This document shows positions 9,955 through 19,268 of a DNA stretch of 64,000 nt, piece by piece. This DNA comes from an uncultured Methylomirabilota bacterium (GTDB taxonomy: Bacteria > Methylomirabilota > Methylomirabilia > Methylomirabilales > 2-02-FULL-66-22), in contig OY970067.1 in NCBI GenBank assembly GCA_963705305.1, positions 5,248,001 to 5,312,000 on the forward strand. The letters are read 5' to 3'. Position 1 is the first letter of the stretch, and each line of letters begins with the position of its first letter. The position numbers and the translations under genes were made by a program. The notes below the pieces were generated by a model. That model did no database searches and was not told the DNA's origin. It worked only from the letters and a program-made list of their open reading frames with translations.

Positions 9955-10710
9955 CTAGGGTCCGTAACCGCCCATCATGCCGCCCGGCCCGTATCCGTAA
10001 CCCGGACCGTAGCCGCCCATCATCCCACCGTACGGCCCAGAGGCACCCGGCCCGAACTGACCGTGCGGGCTCGGGCCCCCATACGGCCCGAACGATCCAT
10101 GCGGTGGGGCCATGGATTCAAATCTCTGCCATTGCTCCTGGCTGAGCACCGCCTTCCCCGCTTCCAGCGTCTTGATGCGGGCCAGCCGCAGGTCCCCCTC
10201 CAACGCCGCAATCTTCCGTACCTGGGCTTCGACTGCGGCCATGTCGGGCGCGCTCAACGTCAGGAGCTGGGAGAGATCTATCTCGGCAATGCGAAGCTCG
10301 CCCGTGCGCCGAATCGCCCCCTTTTCGTACTCCGCCCGGAGCGTCTCCAGGCGCTGCACCTGCTGGGCCGTGAGACCGAGCTGGCTTTTCATCGCGAGCA
10401 TCTCACTGATGAGCGGCCGCTCGAAGAGCGGCGTCTCGGCGCCACCTTGCCATCCCCCCATCCCGTAGCCGCGGGGCCCCTGGGCGCCTCTCGGTCCAAT
10501 CGGCTGCCCGCCCTGCGGGCCCATTGCCCCGGGCGAGACCCCCGGGCTGCCCGGGAAACCCTGACCGCCCATCCCGCTTCCCGGCCCCATCATGCCCTGG
10601 CCTGCCGGTCCCATCGGCTGCTGCGCCGCCGCCTCGTGCTGGGCCCACGCCCACGCGCCCAGCAGGAGGGCAGCCCCCGCCAGCACCACCACCGCCGCTC
10701 TTGTTCTCAT
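9955..10710 (-). CDS. Spy/CpxP-like periplasmic protein with Gly/Met/Pro-rich tails
   Basis: Signal peptide; LGLTAQQ and VLSQEQ (LTxxQ-type) motifs; GMMG/GYGP repeats. Confidence 0.8.
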   Translation of the reverse strand: MRTRAAVVVLAGAALLLGAWAWAQHEAAAQQPMGPAGQGMMGPGSGMGGQGFPGSPGVSPGAMGPQGGQPIGPRGAQGPRGYGMGGWQGGAETPLFERPLISEMLAMKSQLGLTAQQVQRLETLRAEYEKGAIRRTGELRIAEIDLSQLLTLSAPDMAAVEAQVRKIAALEGDLRLARIKTLEAGKAVLSQEQWQRFESMAPPHGSFGPYGGPSPHGQFGPGASGPYGGMMGGYGPGYGYGPGGMMGGYGP

Positions 10711-10899
10711 GTACGCTGCTCCTCACACAGGCTCGAGACGTTCATGCTTTCATCGCGCCGTGGACGTTCCGCCCTACGGATCATGCCGCCGATGGGGGAG
10801 TGCGCCCGCGGAGACGAGATGCCCGCGGTCGACGGAGAGATTGTATGCGGCTAGGATCATGCAGGCAAGCGGCGGGCTGGGGGGCACGAGGCGATTCGG

Positions 10900-11172
10900 A
10901 AGTCGCCGCCGGTCCGTGGTCAAGGCCATGAGGGCCGGCTGCGCCATCCCGAACCCGATGCCAAACACGGCCGCACCCGCCAGCGGACGGAGGAGCATGG
11001 ACATGAAGGCAAAGTAGCCGATGATGAGGCCGATCTGGGTCGAGGTGCCTTCCAGGTCGGCCACGTAGAGCGGCATGACCGGCAGGATCAGATAGAAGCT
11101 GAGATAGAAGAAGCCGGTGGCCAGGCACACCAGAACAAAGGCCCGCGTCAGAAGCGGGCCGCCGCCTGGCAC
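10900..11172 (-). pseudogene. MFS transporter remnant with a large internal deletion
   Basis: TM1-2 (LLTRAFVLVC...LPVMPLYV...IGLIIG...LLRPLAG) joined directly to a late-TM segment (AAVFGIGFGMAQPALMALTTDR). Confidence 0.7.
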
Positions 11173-11203
11173 CTTCGGGCGGTGGGAGACGGGGGGCGGC
11201 AGA

Positions 11204-12223
11204 TCACCGCTCCTGACCTGAAACGGCCCTGCAACCGGAGCGAAGCACTTCCGGGTTGAGGAGGTATTGGGGGTCCGGACCCTGGCCACGGGTGAACTCC
11301 AGGATGGAGTCCACACACCGGGAGGCGACGTTGCGCTCCGAGGTGAGATTCGTGCCGGCGCAGTGCGGGCTCAGCAGGACATTGTCCAACTGCAGGAGCG
11401 GCGACCCGGCCGGAGGCTCCTGCCTGAAAACGTCCAGCGCGGCCCCGGCCAACCGCCCCGCGGTCAGGGCCCGATAGAGCGCCTCCTCGTCCACCAGGCC
11501 CCCGCGCGCCGTATTGACCAGGTAGGCGGTCGGCTTCATGAGGGCCAAGCGCTCCTCGCTCATCAGACGGTCGGTCTCGGGCGTGTGGGGCGCATGCAGG
11601 GAGACCACGTCGGCCTCCCGCAGCAGCATTTCCAGGGAAACCAGCTCCACGCCGTGCCGGCGCACAAACTCAACATCTGGCTGGACTTCATGAGCCAGGA
11701 TCCGCATCTCGAATCCCAGGCATCGCCGCGCCATGGCCTTGCCGGTCCGGCCCAGGCCGATGATGCCTACGGTGGCGCGCCACAGCCCCGGATGAGGCTG
11801 CTGCCCCCAGCCCCCGCCCTTGATCCGCTGGTGGTGCGGCAGGGTCTTGCCCATGATCGCGGCCATCAGGGTGAAGGCGGTGTCGGCTACGGCCTCGTGA
11901 TTGGCCCCGAAGGCCATGGCGATCGCCACGCCGTGCCGCGTCGCGGCCGGCACGTCGATCTTGTCGTAGCCCACGCCGAAGCGGGCCACGATGCGAAGCT
12001 CCGTCGCGGCCTGGAGGACCCGCTCGGTGTACGGCTCGACCCCCGCCACCGTCGCGAAAATCCCGGGCACCAGCCCGATCATCTCGTCTTCCGTCGGATA
12101 GCGCTTGTGGGGGTTGCGGACAATGTCGAATCCGGCCTCCTCCAGGCGACGGAAAAACGGGACCCCGCGCTCGCCGAGGTGATGGAGGGCGATGAAGATC
12201 TTTCGCTTCGCCGGATTGCTCAT
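11204..12223 (-). CDS. D-isomer-specific 2-hydroxyacid dehydrogenase (SerA-like)
   Basis: ARFGVGYDKID, GIIGLGRTG, NTARGGLVDE, AALDVF, LSPHCAG. Confidence 0.92.
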   Translation of the reverse strand: MSNPAKRKIFIALHHLGERGVPFFRRLEEAGFDIVRNPHKRYPTEDEMIGLVPGIFATVAGVEPYTERVLQAATELRIVARFGVGYDKIDVPAATRHGVAIAMAFGANHEAVADTAFTLMAAIMGKTLPHHQRIKGGGWGQQPHPGLWRATVGIIGLGRTGKAMARRCLGFEMRILAHEVQPDVEFVRRHGVELVSLEMLLREADVVSLHAPHTPETDRLMSEERLALMKPTAYLVNTARGGLVDEEALYRALTAGRLAGAALDVFRQEPPAGSPLLQLDNVLLSPHCAGTNLTSERNVASRCVDSILEFTRGQGPDPQYLLNPEVLRSGCRAVSGQER

Positions 12224-12341
12224 GCGCCTTCTCCTTGGTTCGCACCCGTTCCGCCCGCCGGTTGCCCGATGAATCGCCTTCCGCGGCCGTTCGCGATCAG
12301 GCAGAGGTCACGGTCCATCGGGGGGGCGCTCGATGCCGCGA

Positions 12342-13592
12342 TCAGTCCAGCAGGTCGCCCCGCTCCGTGAAGCGAAACTCGTGCGGGCCGTCCAGGACCT
12401 GCAGATCGACGCGCCCCTGCATCTCGGGGAGCAAGGCCTCCGAGGCCTGCAGGTACTCCAGATCCAGGGTGTTCCGAATCCGTGCTACCTTGGCGGCCGG
12501 CGGCTCCGTGAGACCGATGGTCTTGAGCGCCCCCTCGAGGGCCTCCCGGTCGGTCTCGAAGATGATGGGCATCTTGCTCCGCATGGGGGAGAGCCCGGTC
12601 AGGGCGTTGGTGTAAGTGTACTGGAAATTGATCTTGTCGGCCAAGCGCCTGGTGGAGAAGTCGGCCAGCCCCATCCCCACGGCGTTGCCCGCCGCCTTCT
12701 CGGACAGGTCCCGCACCAGGATGCGGATGTAGCGGGGGCTCTTGGGCTCTTCGTTGGGGAAGAAATACATCCGGCCGATGACGCTGGGGTCCATGCCGGT
12801 CCCGCTGATCTCTTTCCCGATCTCGTCCACGATCAGGAGGTGCAGGAAATCGAAGGGGATTCGCCCCAGCAGGCTCCAGGCCTCCTGGAGCAACTGGGTC
12901 TCGGTCTCCTCCAGCGCCTCCGGCAGCACGGCGGCGACCTTGGCGGTCTGGTGGCGCACATTCTCCACCGTGCCGAGGCCGAACAAAACGGGGAGCTTCT
13001 GCAGGGAGTAGCGGGCCACCTCGGGCACCATGCGATCCAGGCCGATGTCCACCGCGGCGCGGTGGGCCAGGAGCGCCCCCTGATGCTTTCCCAGCCCGAT
13101 CACCAGCATCTTCATCAGGCCGCTCTCGACGTGGCCGCGGAAATTGGTGTGGGGCTTCACGCGGTTCACCAGGACGATGTGGTCGGCCTCGGACGCGTGG
13201 CGGTCTACCAGCACGGGGAGGCCCCAGGGCATCCGGCCGATCTCCACCGTCTCCATCGAGGAATGGATGGGCACTCCCATGGCCTCGGGTGTGACGCCGT
13301 AGCGGGCCAGAACCTTGAGCTGGCCCTCGGCGGTGGCCCCGCCATGGCTCCCCATGGCGGGGACGATGAAGGGACGGGCCCCCAGCTCCTTGAGGCAATC
13401 GCACGTCGTACGCAGGATGAGGGCAATGTTGGCCACCCCCCGGCTTCCCCCGGTGACGGCGACCCGCCCTGCGGGCTTCAGCCGCCGGCCCAGGTCGAGG
13501 CGCAAGATTTCGGCCCGCACCGCCGAGGCCACATCCTCGACGACAGGCGGGTTCTGGACTTGCCGGATGCGGTACATCTTGGGGAGGATCAT
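12342..13592 (-). CDS. LarA-superfamily (DUF2088/LarA_N) protein, paralog 1
   Basis: GSRGVANI, PAMGSHGGATAEGQ, NRVKPHT, ESGLMKMLVIGLGKHQGALLAH, GKEISGTGMD; start ATG 13592. Confidence 0.82.
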   Translation of the reverse strand: MILPKMYRIRQVQNPPVVEDVASAVRAEILRLDLGRRLKPAGRVAVTGGSRGVANIALILRTTCDCLKELGARPFIVPAMGSHGGATAEGQLKVLARYGVTPEAMGVPIHSSMETVEIGRMPWGLPVLVDRHASEADHIVLVNRVKPHTNFRGHVESGLMKMLVIGLGKHQGALLAHRAAVDIGLDRMVPEVARYSLQKLPVLFGLGTVENVRHQTAKVAAVLPEALEETETQLLQEAWSLLGRIPFDFLHLLIVDEIGKEISGTGMDPSVIGRMYFFPNEEPKSPRYIRILVRDLSEKAAGNAVGMGLADFSTRRLADKINFQYTYTNALTGLSPMRSKMPIIFETDREALEGALKTIGLTEPPAAKVARIRNTLDLEYLQASEALLPEMQGRVDLQVLDGPHEFRFTERGDLLD

Positions 13593-13605
13593 GAGCGCTC
13601 CCGCG

Positions 13606-13694
13606 CAGTGCTGAGGTTCACAGTTCGAGGTGCTGCGGTTGACAGTGCTGCGGTTCGCACAACGTCGAACCTCGAACCGCAGCACTGCAGCACC
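13606..13694. repeat. Short 7-8 nt tandem repeats arranged as an imperfect inverted repeat
   Basis: cagtgct gaggttc acagttc gaggtgct gcggttg acagtgct gcggttc ... gaacctc gaaccgc agcactgc agcacc. Confidence 0.7.
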
Positions 13695-13702
13695 TTCTTC
13701 GC

Positions 13703-14221
13703 CTACTTCTCCAGTGCCTTCACCAGCTCGCGACAGAAGGCCGGCAGGTCGCCAGGCATGCGCGAGGTGATCAGGTTCCCGTCAACCACGACCTCCTGAT
13801 CCACGTACTTGGCGCCGGCGTTGATCACGTCGTCCTTGATGGAGAAGAAGCAGGTGGCCGTCTTGCCCTTCAGGATTCCCGCCGAGGCCGGGACCCAGCC
13901 CGCATGGCAGATGGCGGCCACGGGCTTGCCCTGCTCGAAGCAGCCCTTCACCAGGTCCAGGATGGCCTTGTGCCGCCGCATCATGTCCGGCGCATACCCG
14001 CCGGGAATCACCACCCCGTCGAAGTCCTTGGCCGAGACGTCGGTGGCGGCCACATCAGCGTTCACCGGATAGTGGTTCTTGCTCTCATAGGTCTTCTTCT
14101 CGGGGGCCACGATCTTCACATCCGCCCCCTCCTCCTTCAGCCGGTAGTACGGCACCCAAAGCTCCATCTCCTGATACATGTTCTCCGCCAGCACGGCGAC
14201 CTTCTTCCCCTTCAAGCGCAT
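13703..14221 (-). CDS. PfpI/DJ-1 family type 1 glutamine amidotransferase-like protein
   Basis: YQEMEL, IPGGYAPD, AAICHAG, VDGNLITSR. Confidence 0.92.
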   Translation of the reverse strand: MRLKGKKVAVLAENMYQEMELWVPYYRLKEEGADVKIVAPEKKTYESKNHYPVNADVAATDVSAKDFDGVVIPGGYAPDMMRRHKAILDLVKGCFEQGKPVAAICHAGWVPASAGILKGKTATCFFSIKDDVINAGAKYVDQEVVVDGNLITSRMPGDLPAFCRELVKALEK

Positions 14222-14329
14222 CTCGCATTCCTCCTTACATGTGGCGGACCATCACAGGTCCGAGTTATCGCGACTGACGCTCGATCAACCGCACCCTTTT
14301 CTTCACCCCGGTTCATCCAATGGCGCGGG

Positions 14330-14520
14330 AGCCGCCCCTCCGGGACGGCTGCCGCGTTCTCTGCGGTCTTGACTCTCGCCCGTGGAGCATCTTCTCCGTG
14401 CAGGAGGCATAGTGCGGCGTCAAGAGGATGTTGTCCAGCGTTAAGTAAGACGGAATCGGCCGGAACCCCCGGCTCGACGCGTCCGAAAAACAGGCGGGCG
14501 TCCGCGTCGACCGCCCCGAT
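14330..14520 (-). pseudogene. C-terminal remnant of a 2-hydroxyacid dehydrogenase
   Basis: Two frames join as ...EPGVPADSVLL/TLDNILLTPHYASCTE, similar to PLLQLDNVLLSPHCAG of the gene at 11204-12223. Confidence 0.6.
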
Positions 14521-14521
14521 C

Positions 14522-15316
14522 CTACGGCTTCCGGCGGCTGCGGGTCCGCCCGACCGCACGCAGCTCGGACAGCACCTGTCGGCTGCGCTCCATCACGATG
14601 AAGAAGTCGGCGCTGTAAATGAGGAACCGCATGCCCCGGCCAAGCCACGCGCGTCCGTCGGCCACCGTGGTGACGAAATGGCCCGGTGTGACGCCGTGCC
14701 GCGCGCACCCCTTGAGGAACGCGTCGATGGCCCCCGCCATCCTGGGATGGTTCACCTCGCCCGGAATCCCCAGGGAGGTGGACAGGTCGTAGGGCCCGAT
14801 CAGGGCCACGTCCAGGCCGGGAGCGGACAGGATTTCGTCCATGTGGTCGAGGCCCGCCTGTGTCTCGATCTGCATGATCAGGAGGGTCTCGGCGTTCGCC
14901 TGGCGCATGAACCGTCGGCCGTCGACCGGCCGGTAATCGGTCAGGGCGTTTCCCAGGATCACCCCCCGGTCACCCGCCGGCGGGTACTTGGTGTATCGGA
15001 TGATGGCCTCGGCCTGCGCCCGGCTCTCCACGCGAGGGATCATCAGTCCCAGCGCCCCGGCATCCAGCGGACGGCTGAGGAAGGACCGCTGCGTATCCGG
15101 CACGCGGACCAGGGCGGGGAGCCCGATGCACGAGGAAACGTGGAGCAGCGCGGCCACCGTCTCCATGCCGAAGCTGGCATGCTCGGTGTCGATCAGGATG
15201 TAATCCCAGCCGGCCTCCTTCAAGGCCCGCGGGGCCGCCGGGGAGCCGAACTCGAAGACGAAGGTCCCCCAGACCGCCTCGCCTCGCCGCAGCTTGGTCT
15301 TGAGTGGGTTTCGAAT
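14522..15316 (-). CDS. HpcH/HpaI aldolase family protein (probable ATT start)
   Basis: IDTEHA, LVRVP, LDAGALGLMIPRVE, QIET, IGPYDLSTSLG; homology extends upstream to (M)RNPLKTKLRRGE. Confidence 0.88.
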   Translation of the reverse strand: MRNPLKTKLRRGEAVWGTFVFEFGSPAAPRALKEAGWDYILIDTEHASFGMETVAALLHVSSCIGLPALVRVPDTQRSFLSRPLDAGALGLMIPRVESRAQAEAIIRYTKYPPAGDRGVILGNALTDYRPVDGRRFMRQANAETLLIMQIETQAGLDHMDEILSAPGLDVALIGPYDLSTSLGIPGEVNHPRMAGAIDAFLKGCARHGVTPGHFVTTVADGRAWLGRGMRFLIYSADFFIVMERSRQVLSELRAVGRTRSRRKP

Positions 15317-15349
15317 GGCACGTCCTCCCGGCGCAACACCCGCGTGTCG

Positions 15350-15679
15350 CTACTTGTAGTCCTCGCGGAGCGGATAGAAGATGTCCAGGGCCGAGGCGCC
15401 CCCCTCCAGGGCCCGCACTGCGTGGGCGACCCCTCCTGGAATCATCCAGCCCTGGCCCTGGTGAACGATCCGCGTCTCCCCTCCGATCGTGAACTCCATG
15501 CTCCCCTCCAGGCAGATGCCCCCTTGCTCGTGCGGGTGGCTGTGCGAGGGGATCACGCCGCCGGGCTGGATCCTTACGAAGGAGAGCATGATCCGCTCTC
15601 CGCAGGCCACCCGGATGCGGCTGCCCGGTGCGATCTCTTTGCCCGGAAGCCCCTCAGGGTCGATGAAGAATCCATCCAT
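15350..15679 (-). CDS. Cupin domain protein (KdgF-like)
   Basis: HSHPHEQ...IPGGVAH...LDIFYPLREDY. Confidence 0.88.
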   Translation of the reverse strand: MDGFFIDPEGLPGKEIAPGSRIRVACGERIMLSFVRIQPGGVIPSHSHPHEQGGICLEGSMEFTIGGETRIVHQGQGWMIPGGVAHAVRALEGGASALDIFYPLREDYK

Positions 15680-15804
15680 GGCGCCCCCTCCTCCGGCGGT
15701 GACATGTCGGCAGTGTGATCCGCCGGCAACTCCGAACCCGGTGCCCGCGCGGCCCCCATCTTCCGGGGCTCGGGCCGCCTTGGGCCCGGTCCGGCCGGCG
15801 CCGG

Positions 15805-17049
15805 TCAGAACGGCAGAAGGTTCCCCGTACCGTCGAAGGCCAGCGGCGCCGGATCGGTGGCCTGGCTCACCCGGCGATTCCCCTTCACCTCGGAAAGCAG
15901 GGCTTCCGAGACATCGATCTCCGTCAGGTGCAGCGTATTCTTGATGCGGACGACGCGCGCCTGCTCCGGCGGGGTGAGGCCGATCATGCCCAGCCCGACC
16001 TGGATGGCCTCCCGGTCCGTCTCGAAGGTCATGGGGACGCGGGCCGCCTCGAACACGCCCGACGTGATGGAATTCATGTACATGGCCGGATAGTTGATCT
16101 TCTGGACCAAACGGCGCGTGGTCATGTCGGCGAAACCGATGCCGATGGCATTCCCCTCACTCTCCGGCCGAAGATCGCGGACGAAGAGCACGCGGACGTG
16201 GGGCTTCCCCGCCGGCTTTTGCACCGAGGCGCGCCCGATCACATTCGGATCCATGCCCGCCCCGCTGATGTTCTTGCCGATCTCGTCCACGATGAGGAGA
16301 TCCAGCTTTTCGAAGGGCAGCCGCGCCATCCAGGCCTTGGCCTCTTTGAGCAATGCTTTCTCTTCGGCCTCGAAGTCCTTGGGGAGCAGCGCCTGTACCT
16401 TGGCGGTCTGCTCGTACCCGTTCTCGACGGTCGCCAGGCCGAACAGGACGTGGCCCGATTGCAGAACCGCCTTTCCTACCGTGGGGAAGACTTCAGCGTA
16501 GCTGTAGTGGTGCCCCGCGCGATGGTAGTTCTCGGCGCCGTGCTGCTTGCCCAGCCCGATGGCCATCATTTTGAAGAGCCCGCTCTCGATGTCGCTGTCG
16601 AAGTCGGTGTGGGCCTTGACGCGGGCCACCACCGCGATGTGATCCGCCCCCCAAGCATTCTTGTCGCAAAAGACCGTGGTGCCCTTGACCTTGCCGATCT
16701 CCACGACCTCCATGCTGGACTTGATGGGACAGCCCATGGCCGCCTCGGTGATCCCGTAGTGCTCCAGGATCTTCTTCTGCCCCTCGGCCGTGGCCTCCCC
16801 GTGGCTTCCCATGGTCGGGACGATGAAGGGGGACAGCTTCAGCGCCTTGAGCTCATCGACCACCGCCTTGGTGATCCGGTCGATGTTCGCCACCCCCCGG
16901 CTCCCGGCGGTGATGGCCACCGTCTGGCTGGGCTTGACCCGATCGTGGAGCCGGAGCCCCCGGATGCTCTCGCGCACCGCCCCCGGGATGTCCTGGAGCA
17001 TCGGCCCTTCCAGCTGCTGCTTGATCCGACAGATCCGTGGGAACGTCAT
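15805..17049 (-). CDS. LarA-superfamily (DUF2088/LarA_N) protein, paralog 2
   Basis: AGSRGVANI, PTMGSHGEATAEGQ, RVKAHTDF, ESGLFKMMAIGLGKQHGAENYH, GKNISGAGMD; ATG 17049 overlaps the lipB stop. Confidence 0.82.
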   Translation of the reverse strand: MTFPRICRIKQQLEGPMLQDIPGAVRESIRGLRLHDRVKPSQTVAITAGSRGVANIDRITKAVVDELKALKLSPFIVPTMGSHGEATAEGQKKILEHYGITEAAMGCPIKSSMEVVEIGKVKGTTVFCDKNAWGADHIAVVARVKAHTDFDSDIESGLFKMMAIGLGKQHGAENYHRAGHHYSYAEVFPTVGKAVLQSGHVLFGLATVENGYEQTAKVQALLPKDFEAEEKALLKEAKAWMARLPFEKLDLLIVDEIGKNISGAGMDPNVIGRASVQKPAGKPHVRVLFVRDLRPESEGNAIGIGFADMTTRRLVQKINYPAMYMNSITSGVFEAARVPMTFETDREAIQVGLGMIGLTPPEQARVVRIKNTLHLTEIDVSEALLSEVKGNRRVSQATDPAPLAFDGTGNLLPF

Positions 17050-17828
17050 GATGGACCTCCTGATATGCGATCCCCGGTAAGGGGACCGCCTTCCGTGAAG
17101 CCAAACGCCTCCGCAAGTCGCGCCCGGACGCGTCCACGGACGGCCGGCATGGAGGCCGGCCCTCCCAGCAGGGCCTCCATGGAAATCATGACCTCCGGCT
17201 CCTCGCCGCACGGCCGGATGACCCGGAAGCCGGCGAGATCCGTCGAGACATTCAGCGCGAACCCGTGAAACGTGACCCAGCGGCGCAGCGAGATCCCCAA
17301 CGAGGCGATCTTCCGCCCGCCGACCCAGACCCCCGCCTTGCCGGGCACGGCCCGCGCCCGCACGCCGAAATCCGCCAGGGCCGCGATAAGGGCCACCTCG
17401 ATCCCTCGGCAGAACCGAAGCACGTCCCGGCCATGCTGTCGGAGATCGAAGATCGGGTAGCCCACCAGCTGGCCGGGCGCGTGATAGGTGGCGTCACCGC
17501 CACGGGTGACCTCGAAGAACTGGACGCCCCGCCGGCGCAGCTCGTCCGGTGTCAGCCGCAGGTTGTCACCCTTCTTGCCGCGGCCCAGCGTCACGACCGG
17601 CGGGTGCTCCACCAGGATGAGGGTGTCGGGCGCCGATCCCGCCAGCCGGCGTCGCACCAGCTCTTCCTGCCGGTGCAGCGTCTCGGCATAGGGTTCGAGG
17701 CCCAGCTCCACCACCTGCCAGCCGCTTCCAGCCCTCGGGCCGAGGCCCGCGGCCCTTTCCCGCGATTCCGCCGTCGATCCGATCGTGAGCAGCCCCTTCC
17801 GTCCTTCGCCTTCCGCGGATGACTCCAA
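17046..17828 (-). CDS. lipB: Lipoyl(octanoyl) transferase (start uncertain)
   Basis: LVEHPPVVTLG, RGGDATYHAPGQLVGYPI, KIASLGI, HGFALNV, IRPCG. Confidence 0.92.
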   Translation of the reverse strand: MESSAEGEGRKGLLTIGSTAESRERAAGLGPRAGSGWQVVELGLEPYAETLHRQEELVRRRLAGSAPDTLILVEHPPVVTLGRGKKGDNLRLTPDELRRRGVQFFEVTRGGDATYHAPGQLVGYPIFDLRQHGRDVLRFCRGIEVALIAALADFGVRARAVPGKAGVWVGGRKIASLGISLRRWVTFHGFALNVSTDLAGFRVIRPCGEEPEVMISMEALLGGPASMPAVRGRVRARLAEAFGFTEGGPLTGDRISGGPS

Positions 17829-17868
17829 TATCCGCGCTTGCCTCTCACTAGCCCCAGAGCGCCATTGG

Positions 17869-19098
17869 TCATTGAATCCACGCCGGCTGCTCCAAGAGCT
17901 CCTTGACCTTAGCCACAAACCTGGCCGCCGGGGCCCCGTCGATCAGACGGTGGTCGAAAACCAGGGACAGCGGCAGCATGGACCGGACGTGAATGCCGCC
18001 GTCCTTGATCACGGCCTTGTCCTGGATCTTCCCGATACCCAGGATCCCCGCCTGGGGCTGATTGATGATGGGGGTGAAGTATTCGACCCCGTAGCCCCCC
18101 AGGTTGGTCACGGTGAACGTCCCGTCCGCCATGTCGTCCGGCGCCAGCCTGCCCGTCCTTGCCCGCTCCGCCAAATCCCGGGCGGCCCGGGCCAGATCGC
18201 CCAGAGACTTGGTATCGGCATCCTTGATCACCGCGGCCACCAGCCCCTCGCCCAGGTCCACCGCAAAGCCGAGGTTGACCTCTTTGCGGATGCGCACGGC
18301 CTGCCCGTCCAGGCGGCAGTTGATGCGGGGCTCTTCCCGCAGGGCCCGGGCCACCGCCAGGTGAATGAGATCGGTGACGGACGGCTTGAGGCCGTAGCGA
18401 CGCTCCCACTCGCCGATCTTGGCCTGGCGCAGCCGCATGAACTCGGTTGCGTCGACGTCCACGAACAGGGTGACGCGGGCGGCCTCGCGCCAGGACTGCC
18501 CCATCCGGTCGAAGATGACCTTGCGGATCCCCGCCAGGGGAATCAGTCCGGGCGTGGCTGCCGCCTGCGGAGCGGCCGCTGCGGCCGGGGCCTGCGCGCG
18601 CGCGGCGATCGCCCGCTCCACATCCTCCCGAACGATCCGGCCCTCCGGCCCGGTCGGCGTGAGCGTCGAGATGTCGATGTGGTGCTCCTGCGCCAGCTTC
18701 CTGGCCACCGGCGAGATCTTCACGCGGCCTCCGGCCTCCTGGACGGCCAGCGCGGAGCCTCCGGGGGCCGCGGCCGCCCGCGGAGCCTCGGCCTTCCCCG
18801 CTCCTGCAGGGGGCGGCGGCGTCCCCGCTCCCCCCACCAGCAGCCCGCTCACGTCCTCGCCGGGCTGGCCTAGGACACCCATCAGGCTCCCCACCGGCAG
18901 CTCCGCGCCTTCCTTGGCCATGACCTTGAGCAACGTTCCCGCCGCGGGGGATTCGACCTCGTACTCCACCTTGTCGGTCTGGATCAGGACGACCGGCTGT
19001 CCCTTCTCGACCTTTTCGCCTTCGGCCTTCAGCCACTGGAGGATGGTCCCCGTCTCCATGGTCAGGCCGAGCTGCGGCATATCGATCCGAGTGGCCAT
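17869..19098 (-). CDS. Dihydrolipoamide acyltransferase E2 (AcoC/PdhC-like)
   Basis: Lipoyl domain QTDKV, E3-binding ISPVARKLA, catalytic FDHRLIDG; start ATG 19098. Confidence 0.92.
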   Translation of the reverse strand: MATRIDMPQLGLTMETGTILQWLKAEGEKVEKGQPVVLIQTDKVEYEVESPAAGTLLKVMAKEGAELPVGSLMGVLGQPGEDVSGLLVGGAGTPPPPAGAGKAEAPRAAAAPGGSALAVQEAGGRVKISPVARKLAQEHHIDISTLTPTGPEGRIVREDVERAIAARAQAPAAAAAPQAAATPGLIPLAGIRKVIFDRMGQSWREAARVTLFVDVDATEFMRLRQAKIGEWERRYGLKPSVTDLIHLAVARALREEPRINCRLDGQAVRIRKEVNLGFAVDLGEGLVAAVIKDADTKSLGDLARAARDLAERARTGRLAPDDMADGTFTVTNLGGYGVEYFTPIINQPQAGILGIGKIQDKAVIKDGGIHVRSMLPLSLVFDHRLIDGAPAARFVAKVKELLEQPAWIQ

Positions 19099-19268
19099 GT
19101 CATTCTCCTCGAGGCGGCCGCAGTCTGGCAGCCCGCCTCGCTCGCAAGCAGGGCGGCAGGCTGGGGTTCGGCCGGATGTCTTTCCGGAAGGCAATGCGGC
19201 AGGTGAGCACTGCCGCACGGCGCATTATCATTCTCGCGCCCGACGGGTGTCAAGGGCGCCGCCCGGCG

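Noticed and set aside
13606..13694. Possible mini-CRISPR in the short-repeat regions
   Set aside because: Units are 7-9 nt with no unique spacers, and there are no cas genes.
15350..15352. Pyrrolysine readthrough of the cupin TAG
   Set aside because: No pyl genes in the window; the cupin ends in a typical C-terminus and a good SD precedes the downstream gene.
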